IMG/VR virus record: IMGVR_UViG_3300037245_001637
Reading direction: 5' to 3' (one strand)
DNA length: 64,000 nucleotides
Source: an uncultured virus (IMG/VR IMGVR_UViG_3300037245_001637)
Lineage: Duplodnaviria > Heunggongvirae > Uroviricota > Caudoviricetes
The notes beneath the pieces were generated by a model. That model searched no databases and was not told the origin of the DNA. It worked only from the letters and a program-made list of their open reading frames with translations. The position numbers and the translations under genes were made by a program. This document shows, piece by piece, positions 19,926 to 28,192 of this stretch (position 1 is the stretch's first letter; every line of letters begins with the position of its first letter).

Positions 19926-19946
19926 ATTATACCCTAGTGGGAATTT
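19926..19946 (-). promoter_or_regulatory. Leader-class promoter AATTCCCACTAGGGTATAAT
   Basis: TATAAT with the upstream block shared by the other three leader copies; no TTGACA. Confidence 0.65.
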
Positions 19947-19960
19947 TTTTGGGGGTTTGT

Positions 19961-20518
19961 TTATTTCTCCTCGTCAAGTCTGTGTCTCATCTCCAGAAAA
20001 TCTAATACTATATCAATTCTACTCATGAGTATTTTATGATAATCATTTAATTCTGAATAATCGTCTCTTAATCTCATCATAATAAATCTAGTCTCTTTAT
20101 AATATTTTCTAATGAACTTTAAAGGGGTTGCATCTCCTTGGAGGTATAGGATGTTGTGTAATCTATCTGCTAATTTAATTATTAAAGCTCTTGATGACAT
20201 TTCTACCATTTTCATAGATAAATATACTTTCTTCCCTAATAGCTTAACATGTACTGGATCAGATGTTAGTTCTAATACAAGATCTGCTACTTCGTCTCCA
20301 AATAGCTCTCTTATTTCCTCGATGGTTATATCCGTGTCTTCTACCAAGTCATGACAGAAAGATACAATAATCAATATCTCGTCTTCCGTTAATTTCTGAA
20401 CTATTCTCGCAACACCTTTTGGATGAGAGAAATAAGGTAATCCAGAGAACTTCCTTGTTACTCCTTCATGTGCTTTCTCTGCAAAGTTATATGCTTTTAT
20501 TATTCTGTCTTTAATCAT
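19961..20518 (-). CDS. Small alarmone hydrolase / Mesh1-type HD protein ((p)ppGpp hydrolase-like)
   Basis: AHEGVTRKFSGLPYFSHP, CHDLVEDT, FGDEVADLV.ELT, IKLADRLHN all intact. Confidence 0.88.
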   Translation of the reverse strand: MIKDRIIKAYNFAEKAHEGVTRKFSGLPYFSHPKGVARIVQKLTEDEILIIVSFCHDLVEDTDITIEEIRELFGDEVADLVLELTSDPVHVKLLGKKVYLSMKMVEMSSRALIIKLADRLHNILYLQGDATPLKFIRKYYKETRFIMMRLRDDYSELNDYHKILMSRIDIVLDFLEMRHRLDEEK

Positions 20519-21665
20519 TCTCTAATCCTTTCAATTCTATCTCTATCTGTACTTTCTCATATTCTAAAACCTGTTCTTTTAATGTTGGGATTCTTTTTTC
20601 ATAATATTCTATTGGTGTGTACAATAGACTCAGTACTCCTCCAACAAAGAAGCATATTCCTGCTACCATAAATCCTGATCCCCAATTATTATCGCTATCA
20701 TTATAAAAAGCTGTTGCTAGCATAAAAAATACTACAGATACTACTAATACAAGTACTCCAAATACTATATTTCCTGTCATCTATACCTCCTTATCAATTT
20801 AAATATTTCTTTCATGTCTGTAAATTTAAATTCTTTACTATTATTTGTCGGTTGAAACCCAATAGTAAATCCATGCTCTGCGTGGAATATCTCTGTAACC
20901 CTCTTCCCATTAATCTTATCTATGTAAACCCATGGGTAGTTACCTATACACTCTAGGGTAATTCCAATGCTTTTCATTCTGTTTATGAATTTGTTGAAGT
21001 TTTTCATAGTAATGCCTCTAATCTTACAAGCATCTTCCTTAAAGAAGTTAATTTTCCTTTCACAAATGCTAAGTCTAGTTGATGTGTAACAGTTCCTCCA
21101 TTCATCTTTCTACAATCTGTAATTAGGGATGCTAAATCATCTTCCTGTACTTCTAATAATTTAAGCTCTTCTTTAATGTAATCTATTTCTTTTATTATCT
21201 TTTTCATCTTATTTCCTCTCTTTATGTTTATATGTTATAGGGAATTGGTTGTTGTGTCAAGGGCTTCTGTAATTATTTCTCTATTTCCCAACCTTTTCCA
21301 TTGGATGTTAATTTTATTCTATAGTCTTCATACTTCTTTAATTCAAAAATGTCTATCATATTCATAAGTTCTCCTACAGGAGTTTCTAAAATGTTTATTT
21401 CTGTAAAACTTCTTCGTAACTCTATATAAGCTTCACTTTCTGTATCATCTAACCCATATACTGTTATCCAAAACCATTCCTCTGTATTGTCCTTTAAACT
21501 TGAGGTGACATAGTTTATGTCGTGCTCTGTTCTGTATTCTAATATTTCTTTATGTTTTTGTTCTTCTTTCCTTATATCCCTTCCTGCTAAAAACATAATT
21601 CCTATTATGAGTGTGGTGAATATTAGTAGCATGGATAACACATATATTACATCTTCTTTTGTCAT
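20511..21665 (-). other. Hypothetical CDSs (20511-20780 membrane, 20777-21007, 21004-21207, 21273-21665 membrane-anchored)
   Basis: Overlapping ATGA junctions and RBSs. Confidence 0.65.
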
Positions 21666-21844
21666 ATTAGTTTGTCTCCTTAAATCTCTTTAACTTCCCA
21701 CAATTAGTACATGTGTAATCTGTTATATATTTCTTAATCATAGAATTATGAGAGTTGGGTGTTCTCCTTGATTCAGATACTATCTCAAACTCTGACTTTG
21801 TTTCAAACTGGTTTACTAATTTCCATTCATGTTTTTTACACATC

Positions 21845-22324
21845 TTAATCCTCCTTGCTATTTAAGTTATATAAAATCATCTTATCTATTTCCTTTTTAG
21901 ATAGTTCTAAAGATATAACCAGCTCATCTCTTAATATAGTTACAGCAGTATCATACAACTTTCTCTCTAAAATTGGTAGATCAAGTCTTAAACTTCTCCT
22001 ATAAAGTGTTCTTACTACTTTTACATTATCTAACATCTCACCTGTTTTTAATAGATCAATATTTGTTTGGTACCTCAATTTCCAATCGGGGATAATTATA
22101 TCATCTTCTGATAATGTTTTCAGAGCTTTAATAGCACTGTTTTTTGATATTATCGGTCTAATACCCAGTTCTTCTGCTTTGTCTACTGGAACCATAATTG
22201 TCATTTCTGAATGTACAAAATAGATTACATAATACAATTTATCCTTGCTAACTCTCTTCTGTGTTTTCTCAATTTTGCCGACTCCTTGTAATGGGTAAAC
22301 TATGTATTGATTTTCTTTAAACAT
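21845..22324 (-). CDS. carD: CarD-family RNA-polymerase-binding transcription factor (spirochaete-like)
   Basis: VYPLQGVGKI, MTIMVPVDKAEELGIRPI, DWKLRYQTNIDLLKTG (wedge Trp present), LPILERKLYDTA. Confidence 0.92.
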   Translation of the reverse strand: MFKENQYIVYPLQGVGKIEKTQKRVSKDKLYYVIYFVHSEMTIMVPVDKAEELGIRPIISKNSAIKALKTLSEDDIIIPDWKLRYQTNIDLLKTGEMLDNVKVVRTLYRRSLRLDLPILERKLYDTAVTILRDELVISLELSKKEIDKMILYNLNSKED

Positions 22325-23088
22325 TTATTTCTCCAAATCCTCTATAATCTTTCTGATAGTTCCTTCTTTAGCTCCATACTTAGACATAACAATATCAAAT
22401 TTATCTTTATTTCTCTTAGATAAGGAAACTAGATTATCTACCTCATTAGGTGTTAATCCTTCAACATCTCCTCTAACTAGTAAAGTAGGTTCTTCCTCTC
22501 CATTCTCATATCTTATGAAGGCTTCTCCAAGAGAACTTAATTCTTTAACCATGGAGGCAACTAAACTGTGAGACATTCCAGAATGATCTTGTTTCTCTAA
22601 AACTATGGAAGCTTTCTCAAAATTAGGGAACTCTTTGATAATATCTAGTGTGCATTGTAGTTCCATACCTTCGTATAAGTCATTTAATCTAATCGGTGTG
22701 ATTTTATCCCATAATTCCCAGTATTTCTCTTCTAGGACTTCTCTTCCTTTAGTTGCATATTCTTCCATTAGTTTAGGAACATGGTCCTTGTGTGATCTCT
22801 TTTCTTTATTGTATTTTCTCTTAGTTTTCTATTGTCTTCATCTAGCTCTGCTTTAGTCTTACCCATAACTGTCATATAGGCTGAATCCATAGTAACTGTG
22901 TCTGAATAAAAAGTGTGTCCGTTGAATGTTCCTTTTAATAATCTATGTTCATCTCTTGTGAGTCTGTTTACACAATCTTCTAAATTGCTTCCAATACCAA
23001 ATTCTATTTCTGTATATTGTTTATTTTCATTAGACTTCAGTTTTGCTAGTTGTTCTTTATTTAATGTTCTCATTTGCTCTTTTGTCAT
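22325..23088 (-). CDS. Hypothetical phage protein, apparently one gene split by a 1-nt frameshift near 22814-22817
   Basis: The frame of 22325-22768 stays open upstream (KYNKEKRSHKDHVPKL-MEEY) and joins 22768-23088 if one A is added to the A4 run. Confidence 0.6.
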
Positions 23089-23089
23089 A

Positions 23090-23320
23090 TTAGTTCTCCT
23101 CTCTTCCCAAATAACCTTCTGGTATGAGTATCATAGTTAAAGGAGAATCGTTATTATCAAATAATACTTGATATCCCCAGCAATATTCTCCTGTTCTATT
23201 ATGAAATGTCCATCCAATATCTTTAATAGTTCCTTTAGCTGATCTTGTCCAACCATTTACAGTTACTCTTTGTCCTATAGTGTATTTCTTGGGAGGTTTC
23301 GGTGATTCTGCTTCTTTCAT
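23090..23320 (-). CDS. Hypothetical protein (SH3-like, YTIGQRV)
   Basis: ORF with KOW/SH3-like pattern. Confidence 0.55.
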   Translation of the reverse strand: MKEAESPKPPKKYTIGQRVTVNGWTRSAKGTIKDIGWTFHNRTGEYCWGYQVLFDNNDSPLTMILIPEGYLGREEN

Positions 23321-23509
23321 TTCATTTCATCTCGTATTAGCAATGCAAGGTCTTCAAAATCCTTAACAGTTAAAGGTCTAGTAAATCTTAAAACTTCGTT
23401 ACTCCCCCAAGTAACAGAACTACCATTTAAAGCGTGCCATTGTATCCATTCTCTCATTATTCCTAATTCAGTATTTTCCATATATTGTCTCTCCTCTCTT
23501 TATGTTTAT

Positions 23510-23538
23510 ACTATACAGGTTATAGGGATGTGTGTCAA
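23510..23538 (-). promoter_or_regulatory. Sigma70-type promoter TTGACA-N17-TATAGT
   Basis: Boxes read directly from the sequence. Confidence 0.7.
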
Positions 23539-23740
23539 GCACTATAAGTAATTTATTACATCTTCAAGTTCTTTTGTTGAAAAGTTCTTATATTCTGGGT
23601 CTATTTCTTTTATGAGTAGTTGATGTATTTCTGATTGTAGTATGTCTGTAGTTGAAGAGAGGATGTTTCTTCTTGATATTTGGGCTAGAATATGAATTAG
23701 TTGTTTTTCTTTATTTGTCATTTATTTTGTCTCCTTATGT

Positions 23741-23766
23741 AAAAAAGAACCCTCAACAGGGTTCTT
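23741..23766 (-). terminator. Intrinsic terminator after nrdG
   Basis: aagaaccct/agggttctt stem followed by a U tract on the minus strand. Confidence 0.7.
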
Positions 23767-23769
23767 GGG

Positions 23770-24222
23770 TTATAGTTTATGTATTCTCTGGTTGTCTGAT
23801 GCTAAAAATACTCCATAGTACTCAGGAGCAGGTTTCCTATCTACTAAATATTTTCCTGTTTTAATATAGTCTAACTTAGTTAAAAAAACTTTGTTAACTT
23901 CCTCAATTTCAAAGTGTGTATACAACCATAAAGGTTTAGTGGGGAAATTATGTTTAATCGCCCATAATAATTGATTTAGTTCATCTTCATCTTGATCTAA
24001 GGGCTCTCCTCCCAGAATACATACATGATCAAATGTGAATTCTCTTAAATTTTTCATGTAATCTATTAGTTCTTTTGTGTTAAGTTTTGAGCCTGAATTA
24101 AAATCCCATGTATGATCTGAATGACATCCCTCACAATAACCCTTGCAACCCGAGAGATAAATATTTAAACTTATCCCTGATGTTTCATTGAGAGATCCTT
24201 CTTTTATATTATATATATTCAT
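23770..24222 (-). CDS. nrdG: Anaerobic RNR activase (radical SAM)
   Basis: YLSGCKGYCEGCH..WDF, ILGGEPLDQ, WLYT, DYIKTGKY, ASDNQRI. Confidence 0.92.
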   Translation of the reverse strand: MNIYNIKEGSLNETSGISLNIYLSGCKGYCEGCHSDHTWDFNSGSKLNTKELIDYMKNLREFTFDHVCILGGEPLDQDEDELNQLLWAIKHNFPTKPLWLYTHFEIEEVNKVFLTKLDYIKTGKYLVDRKPAPEYYGVFLASDNQRIHKL

Positions 24223-24398
24223 TATTTAATCTCGTCTATAGAAAACCATCTAATTTCTTTGTTAGGTAGCCATCTATTTTTTCCTGAATCTAGTAACATC
24301 CATAAATGATGATTACCAGCTCTAACCGATTTACATGTAAACTCTTCTAAATATCCATCAAACCATCTTACTTCTACTTTTTCCATTTTATTCTCCTC

Positions 24399-24417
24399 AA
24401 AACCCCCCGAAGGGGTT
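24399..24417 (-). terminator. Terminator-like hairpin after the NrdD tail peptide
   Basis: Minus strand aaccccttcggggggtttt: GC-rich stem, UUCG-type loop, U tract. Confidence 0.6.
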
Positions 24418-24424
24418 ACTGTAC

Positions 24425-24541
24425 TTATACAGCTACTTTTACTCTAACATCTGCTTGTGCTTTTTGACCAATGTTGAAGTTCTCAACAGGGGCTAAATAA
24501 CCTACAACTTTTGTAAATGATGTTGTTTTTACTTTGTTCAT
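24425..24541 (-). CDS. Stand-alone glycyl-radical domain of class III RNR (38 aa; absent from the ORF track)
   Basis: MNKVKTTSFTKVVGYLAPVENFNIGQKAQADVRVKVAV matches the RVxGYxxPVxxFNxGK..R motif; own GGAG RBS and ATG 2 nt after the nrdD stop. Confidence 0.85.
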   Translation of the reverse strand: MNKVKTTSFTKVVGYLAPVENFNIGQKAQADVRVKVAV

Positions 24542-24543
24542 TC

Positions 24544-26397
24544 TTACTCTCCGTCTTTGGGTACTTGGACTATAATTCCACCCATTTTTTTAATATATGC
24601 TAACTCTTTCTCACTGTGAGAATGAGGGCAAAACTCATATTCTTTATCAAGTCTTCCGTGTACAGGACAAACTGTGATTGTTGGGGAGAGTGAGAAGTAG
24701 GGCATTTCATAATTTTCGCAAGCCTTTTTAATTATGTCTCTCCCTTTCTGCCATGTTAATTTTCCTTCTGTGTAAATATGTTGTACTGTTCCAGATGTGT
24801 ACTTCTTTTGTAAGCTATCTTGATGATCTAATATAGCAAATACGTCTTTATTTATTTCATCGTCTTGTGGAATCCAAGTACTATTAGTGTAATATGGATC
24901 TACATCAACTAAACCATTAGATACTATAGCTTTCCCTTTAAAATATTCTTGATCATATTTGGCAAGCTTATATAAACTTCCCTCTCCTGGAGAAGCTTCA
25001 ATATTAAAAAGTAAGCCTTTGGTTGATCCATCTGGATATTTGTAAAACTCTCCTTGCTCTTCTTGATAATCTTGTGATTTCTTCAACATAAAATCTAGTA
25101 TACCTTCCGCAAGGTTCTTTCCTTTGGGATCTAATATACCTTTTTCATACCCAAGATTAAGTAATCCCTCATTTACGCCTCCCAATCCTATAGTGTTGAA
25201 GTGGTTAGAAAAATCATTTAAGTATACTTTAGTATATGGAAATAAGCCTCTATTGAAGTTAATCTCTACATCTCTTCTTTTTATTACTAGAGAATCCTTA
25301 GCTTTATCTAGTGCCTCTTCTAGCAATACAAATAGTCGTTCTTCTGCTGTTTTTGCTTTAAAGAACTCTACAATAACTGTTAGTGGGAATTCTTTTAGTA
25401 CTTTTAGTACTTGCCAGTTTAATGGGTTCTTAGCCATAAACGAGATTCTTGGTATATTTATGGTTACAACGCCAATGGAACCTGTTAACTCACCAGCTCC
25501 GAAGAGTCCTCCACCATTTTTCACTAATTCTCTCTTATCTAGACGTAATCTACAACACATTGAACGAACGTCATCAGGATTCATGTCACTATTAACGAAA
25601 TTAGAGAAGTAAGGTATTCCCGTATCAACTGCCATTGTAAATATTTGTTTAGCTGTTGTACTATTCCAATCAAAATCTTTTGTCATTGAGTAGGTAGGTA
25701 TTGGAAATGAAAAGGGTTTACCTAACGAATCTCCTGCTGACATCACTTCTGCAAAGGCCTTGTTAAACAAGTTAATTTCTTTTTGGCAATCTGAATAGGT
25801 GTAATTTAATTCCTTACCTCCTACTATAACACTATCGGTTTTCATGCTTCCTAATGGTTTTAAGTCCATAGTTATATTAGAAAAAGGGGATTGTAATCCT
25901 GATCTATACTTCTGTGATAATGCAAATATTAATCTCTGGGTTTGTTGTTTTATTTCTTTGTAAGTGAGTTTATCTTCTTTTATAAAAGGTGCTAGGTAAA
26001 CATCCACAGAAGAATATGCTTGGGCTCCTGCAAACTCATTAGTTAGAATAAAGCAGTGATTTAAAATATGCTCTAGAGCTGTACCAAAATGCTTTGCTGG
26101 AGAAGAAGCAGGAAATCTAGTATCTACTGCTAAACCATTTAGTAAAATATCTTTTAATGACCATCCTGCGCAATATGGATATGCCCCTTCCCCCGCTGCA
26201 CTGCTAGTGTCATGAATATGATAAATATGGTTTTTGTGGTAGTTAGCAACTCTTTTTGGTAGGGCATTTAAGGCACTCTTTGCTAATGCTGTCTCTGCTA
26301 AGGTATTTTTTAGACCTCCAATAGAGAAGACTGTGTTTGAGTTCTCTTTCACTCTCCAATCTGCTTTTGATGTATATTCTTTTATATATTTATCCAA
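24544..26397 (-). CDS. nrdD: Anaerobic ribonucleoside-triphosphate reductase large part (no ATP cone, no Gly-radical loop; TTG start)
   Basis: DWRVKENSN, HIHD, YCAGWS, NEFAGAQA, FSFPIPT, RSMCCRL, GSIGVVTIN, YYTNS, CPVHG..CPH. Confidence 0.93.
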   Translation of the reverse strand: MDKYIKEYTSKADWRVKENSNTVFSIGGLKNTLAETALAKSALNALPKRVANYHKNHIYHIHDTSSAAGEGAYPYCAGWSLKDILLNGLAVDTRFPASSPAKHFGTALEHILNHCFILTNEFAGAQAYSSVDVYLAPFIKEDKLTYKEIKQQTQRLIFALSQKYRSGLQSPFSNITMDLKPLGSMKTDSVIVGGKELNYTYSDCQKEINLFNKAFAEVMSAGDSLGKPFSFPIPTYSMTKDFDWNSTTAKQIFTMAVDTGIPYFSNFVNSDMNPDDVRSMCCRLRLDKRELVKNGGGLFGAGELTGSIGVVTINIPRISFMAKNPLNWQVLKVLKEFPLTVIVEFFKAKTAEERLFVLLEEALDKAKDSLVIKRRDVEINFNRGLFPYTKVYLNDFSNHFNTIGLGGVNEGLLNLGYEKGILDPKGKNLAEGILDFMLKKSQDYQEEQGEFYKYPDGSTKGLLFNIEASPGEGSLYKLAKYDQEYFKGKAIVSNGLVDVDPYYTNSTWIPQDDEINKDVFAILDHQDSLQKKYTSGTVQHIYTEGKLTWQKGRDIIKKACENYEMPYFSLSPTITVCPVHGRLDKEYEFCPHSHSEKELAYIKKMGGIIVQVPKDGE

Positions 26398-26604
26398 TTA
26401 AATCTCCTTACTTTTTGTAATTGCATCAGTTCCTGAATAATAAATACCCTCTATTTCTAGTATCGGCATAACCGCTAGTTGCTCTCTTTGAGCTACTTCC
26501 ATAATAGATTTCATGTTGTTAACTTCTTCAAAATCTACCTTTTTCTGTTTTAATACACTTTTTACTGCTTTACAATTAGGGCAATCATTACTGTATAATT
26601 TCAT
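26398..26604 (-). CDS. Glutaredoxin/NrdH-like redoxin (start MKLYS at 26604)
   Basis: CPNC active site; MPILEIEG. Confidence 0.85.
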   Translation of the reverse strand: MKLYSNDCPNCKAVKSVLKQKKVDFEEVNNMKSIMEVAQREQLAVMPILEIEGIYYSGTDAITKSKEI

Positions 26605-27883
26605 CTTCTCTTTTCTCCTTTCTTTTCTTATCATATATTTCTAACTCTTTAAAGTTAATTGAATTTAAGTCTATATGTTCTATATTACTAAAACATTCTC
26701 TTGCTGATCCTCCAAACCCTTTAGTAGGTTTGTAAAGGTAGTTGTGGTGTTTATTGTGTAGGTCTTTTTCTAAATATGTTCCATCGTACATATTAGTTTC
26801 TATTACATCTATTACTTGATATTGGTATGGCATGGTAGCATAATTAGGGTATCTACTTTGAACACTATTCTTGGTTACACCTATTTTGTAAAAATACTCT
26901 TTTGTAATGGAGTCAAAGCAATATATAGTATACACCTTTAGGTGTTCTGTAAGCCATTGTTCTTTGTTCTTCTCTGCGTTCTTAACTGTATACCTTCCGT
27001 GGTCAGCGCAGTCTCTACATCCATGAGAACAACCTAAATGATATCTTACTTGTTGATGAAATATCCCATGAACAGGGCATTTTAATACAAGAACTCTTTT
27101 ATTATCCTCATTTGTGTACACATCTATATAGTCATACTTGTTATTATGTATTTTGTTTCCTTTTTCTCTACACTCATCTAAGGAGTAAATATAAACAGGA
27201 GGTCCTGTTAGTGAGCCATTTTTGATACCCTCTTTTCTTCGTTGAGTTGTACAGTCAGGACAAAATCTTCCTCCTATATTATGACTGTGCATGATAACCT
27301 TAAACTCTCCATGTTCTTTACACTTTAACTTTAAACATCTGTTGCCTTCTTCATCTGTGTAAACATCTAAGTATTCATATTTATCTCCGTGTTTTTCTCG
27401 ACCTATTTTCTCACACTCCTCTAAAGTATAAAAAGTACTAGCTCGGAAACACTCCATACAACCATGATCTCTTTTATGGTTATTTATAGATGACCACCAC
27501 TTATGACCACAATCATTACAGAGGATATACACCTGTGTTTGAGATTTTTCTATCTTAAATTCTAAATATGTATATGCTTCTTCCCACGACTTTCTAAAAT
27601 CTTTTTCATGTCCTTCATTTCTATGTACAATGAAACATTCTCTACAAGGATTTTCCGATTTAACAAAAGTGCTGGGTGTTATTCTAAATATGTTTCCATC
27701 TACTAAACATCTTATTTCTACATGCAATCCTTTCCCATTTTTTACATACCACTCAACTATAATATATTTGTTATGTAATTTCTTTATCCTGTCTTCTACC
27801 CTTGGTCTCCACAAGCTCTTTTTATTTACACCTTTTCTGTCTTCTTTGTAAACTTCCCATGTTTCTTCTGAGTTACTGATAAT
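26588..27883 (-). CDS. Homing-type endonuclease with zinc-ribbon repeats and a C-terminal GIY-YIG-like domain; probable ATT start at 27883 (track start 27814)
   Basis: Repeats HGDKYEY..LKCKEHGEF..H..G..CPDC; C-terminal VYTI..FYKIGVT..RY..E..LH..FGGSARECF; frame open back to an AAGGGA RBS. Confidence 0.7.
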   Translation of the reverse strand: MISNSEETWEVYKEDRKGVNKKSLWRPRVEDRIKKLHNKYIIVEWYVKNGKGLHVEIRCLVDGNIFRITPSTFVKSENPCRECFIVHRNEGHEKDFRKSWEEAYTYLEFKIEKSQTQVYILCNDCGHKWWSSINNHKRDHGCMECFRASTFYTLEECEKIGREKHGDKYEYLDVYTDEEGNRCLKLKCKEHGEFKVIMHSHNIGGRFCPDCTTQRRKEGIKNGSLTGPPVYIYSLDECREKGNKIHNNKYDYIDVYTNEDNKRVLVLKCPVHGIFHQQVRYHLGCSHGCRDCADHGRYTVKNAEKNKEQWLTEHLKVYTIYCFDSITKEYFYKIGVTKNSVQSRYPNYATMPYQYQVIDVIETNMYDGTYLEKDLHNKHHNYLYKPTKGFGGSARECFSNIEHIDLNSINFKELEIYDKKRKEKREDEIIQ

Positions 27884-27900
27884 GATTTCCCTTATGGGTT

Positions 27901-28056
27901 AAAAAGAGTTTATTTGTAGTCTCCTCAAAGATCACGCCTATTTTAAAACCAACCTATAAAAGTCTTAAATAGTCTCTGAGGAACATACAAATAAACTCTC
28001 GTTCATATTGTTTTTACAGGTTTCTTGATTGATCCGTGACGATCTTTTTAATCCAT
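27901..28056 (-). ncRNA. Endonuclease-leader structured RNA, copy B (divergent, putative)
   Basis: 14-bp perfect stem 27905-18/27986-99 extended with bulges; inner ctattt/aaatag hairpin; tcacg(27932-36)/cgtga(28035-39); aacctataaaa(27951-61)/ttttacaggtt(28012-22) with one G-U. Confidence 0.65.
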
Positions 28057-28061
28057 ACTCT

Positions 28062-28082
28062 ATTATACCATACTGGGAATTT
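28062..28082 (-). promoter_or_regulatory. Leader-class extended -10 promoter AATTCCCAGTATGGTATAAT
   Basis: TGnTATAAT plus conserved ATTCCCA block. Confidence 0.7.
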
Positions 28083-28192
28083 ATACAGATTTCGTTTATT
28101 CCTCTAAGTACCCTACAATCACTCTCAGTTTTTTCTTGACAAACCCTTTAAAAAGTTTTTTAAATCCTACATTTATGTAATCTTTTTATCAA

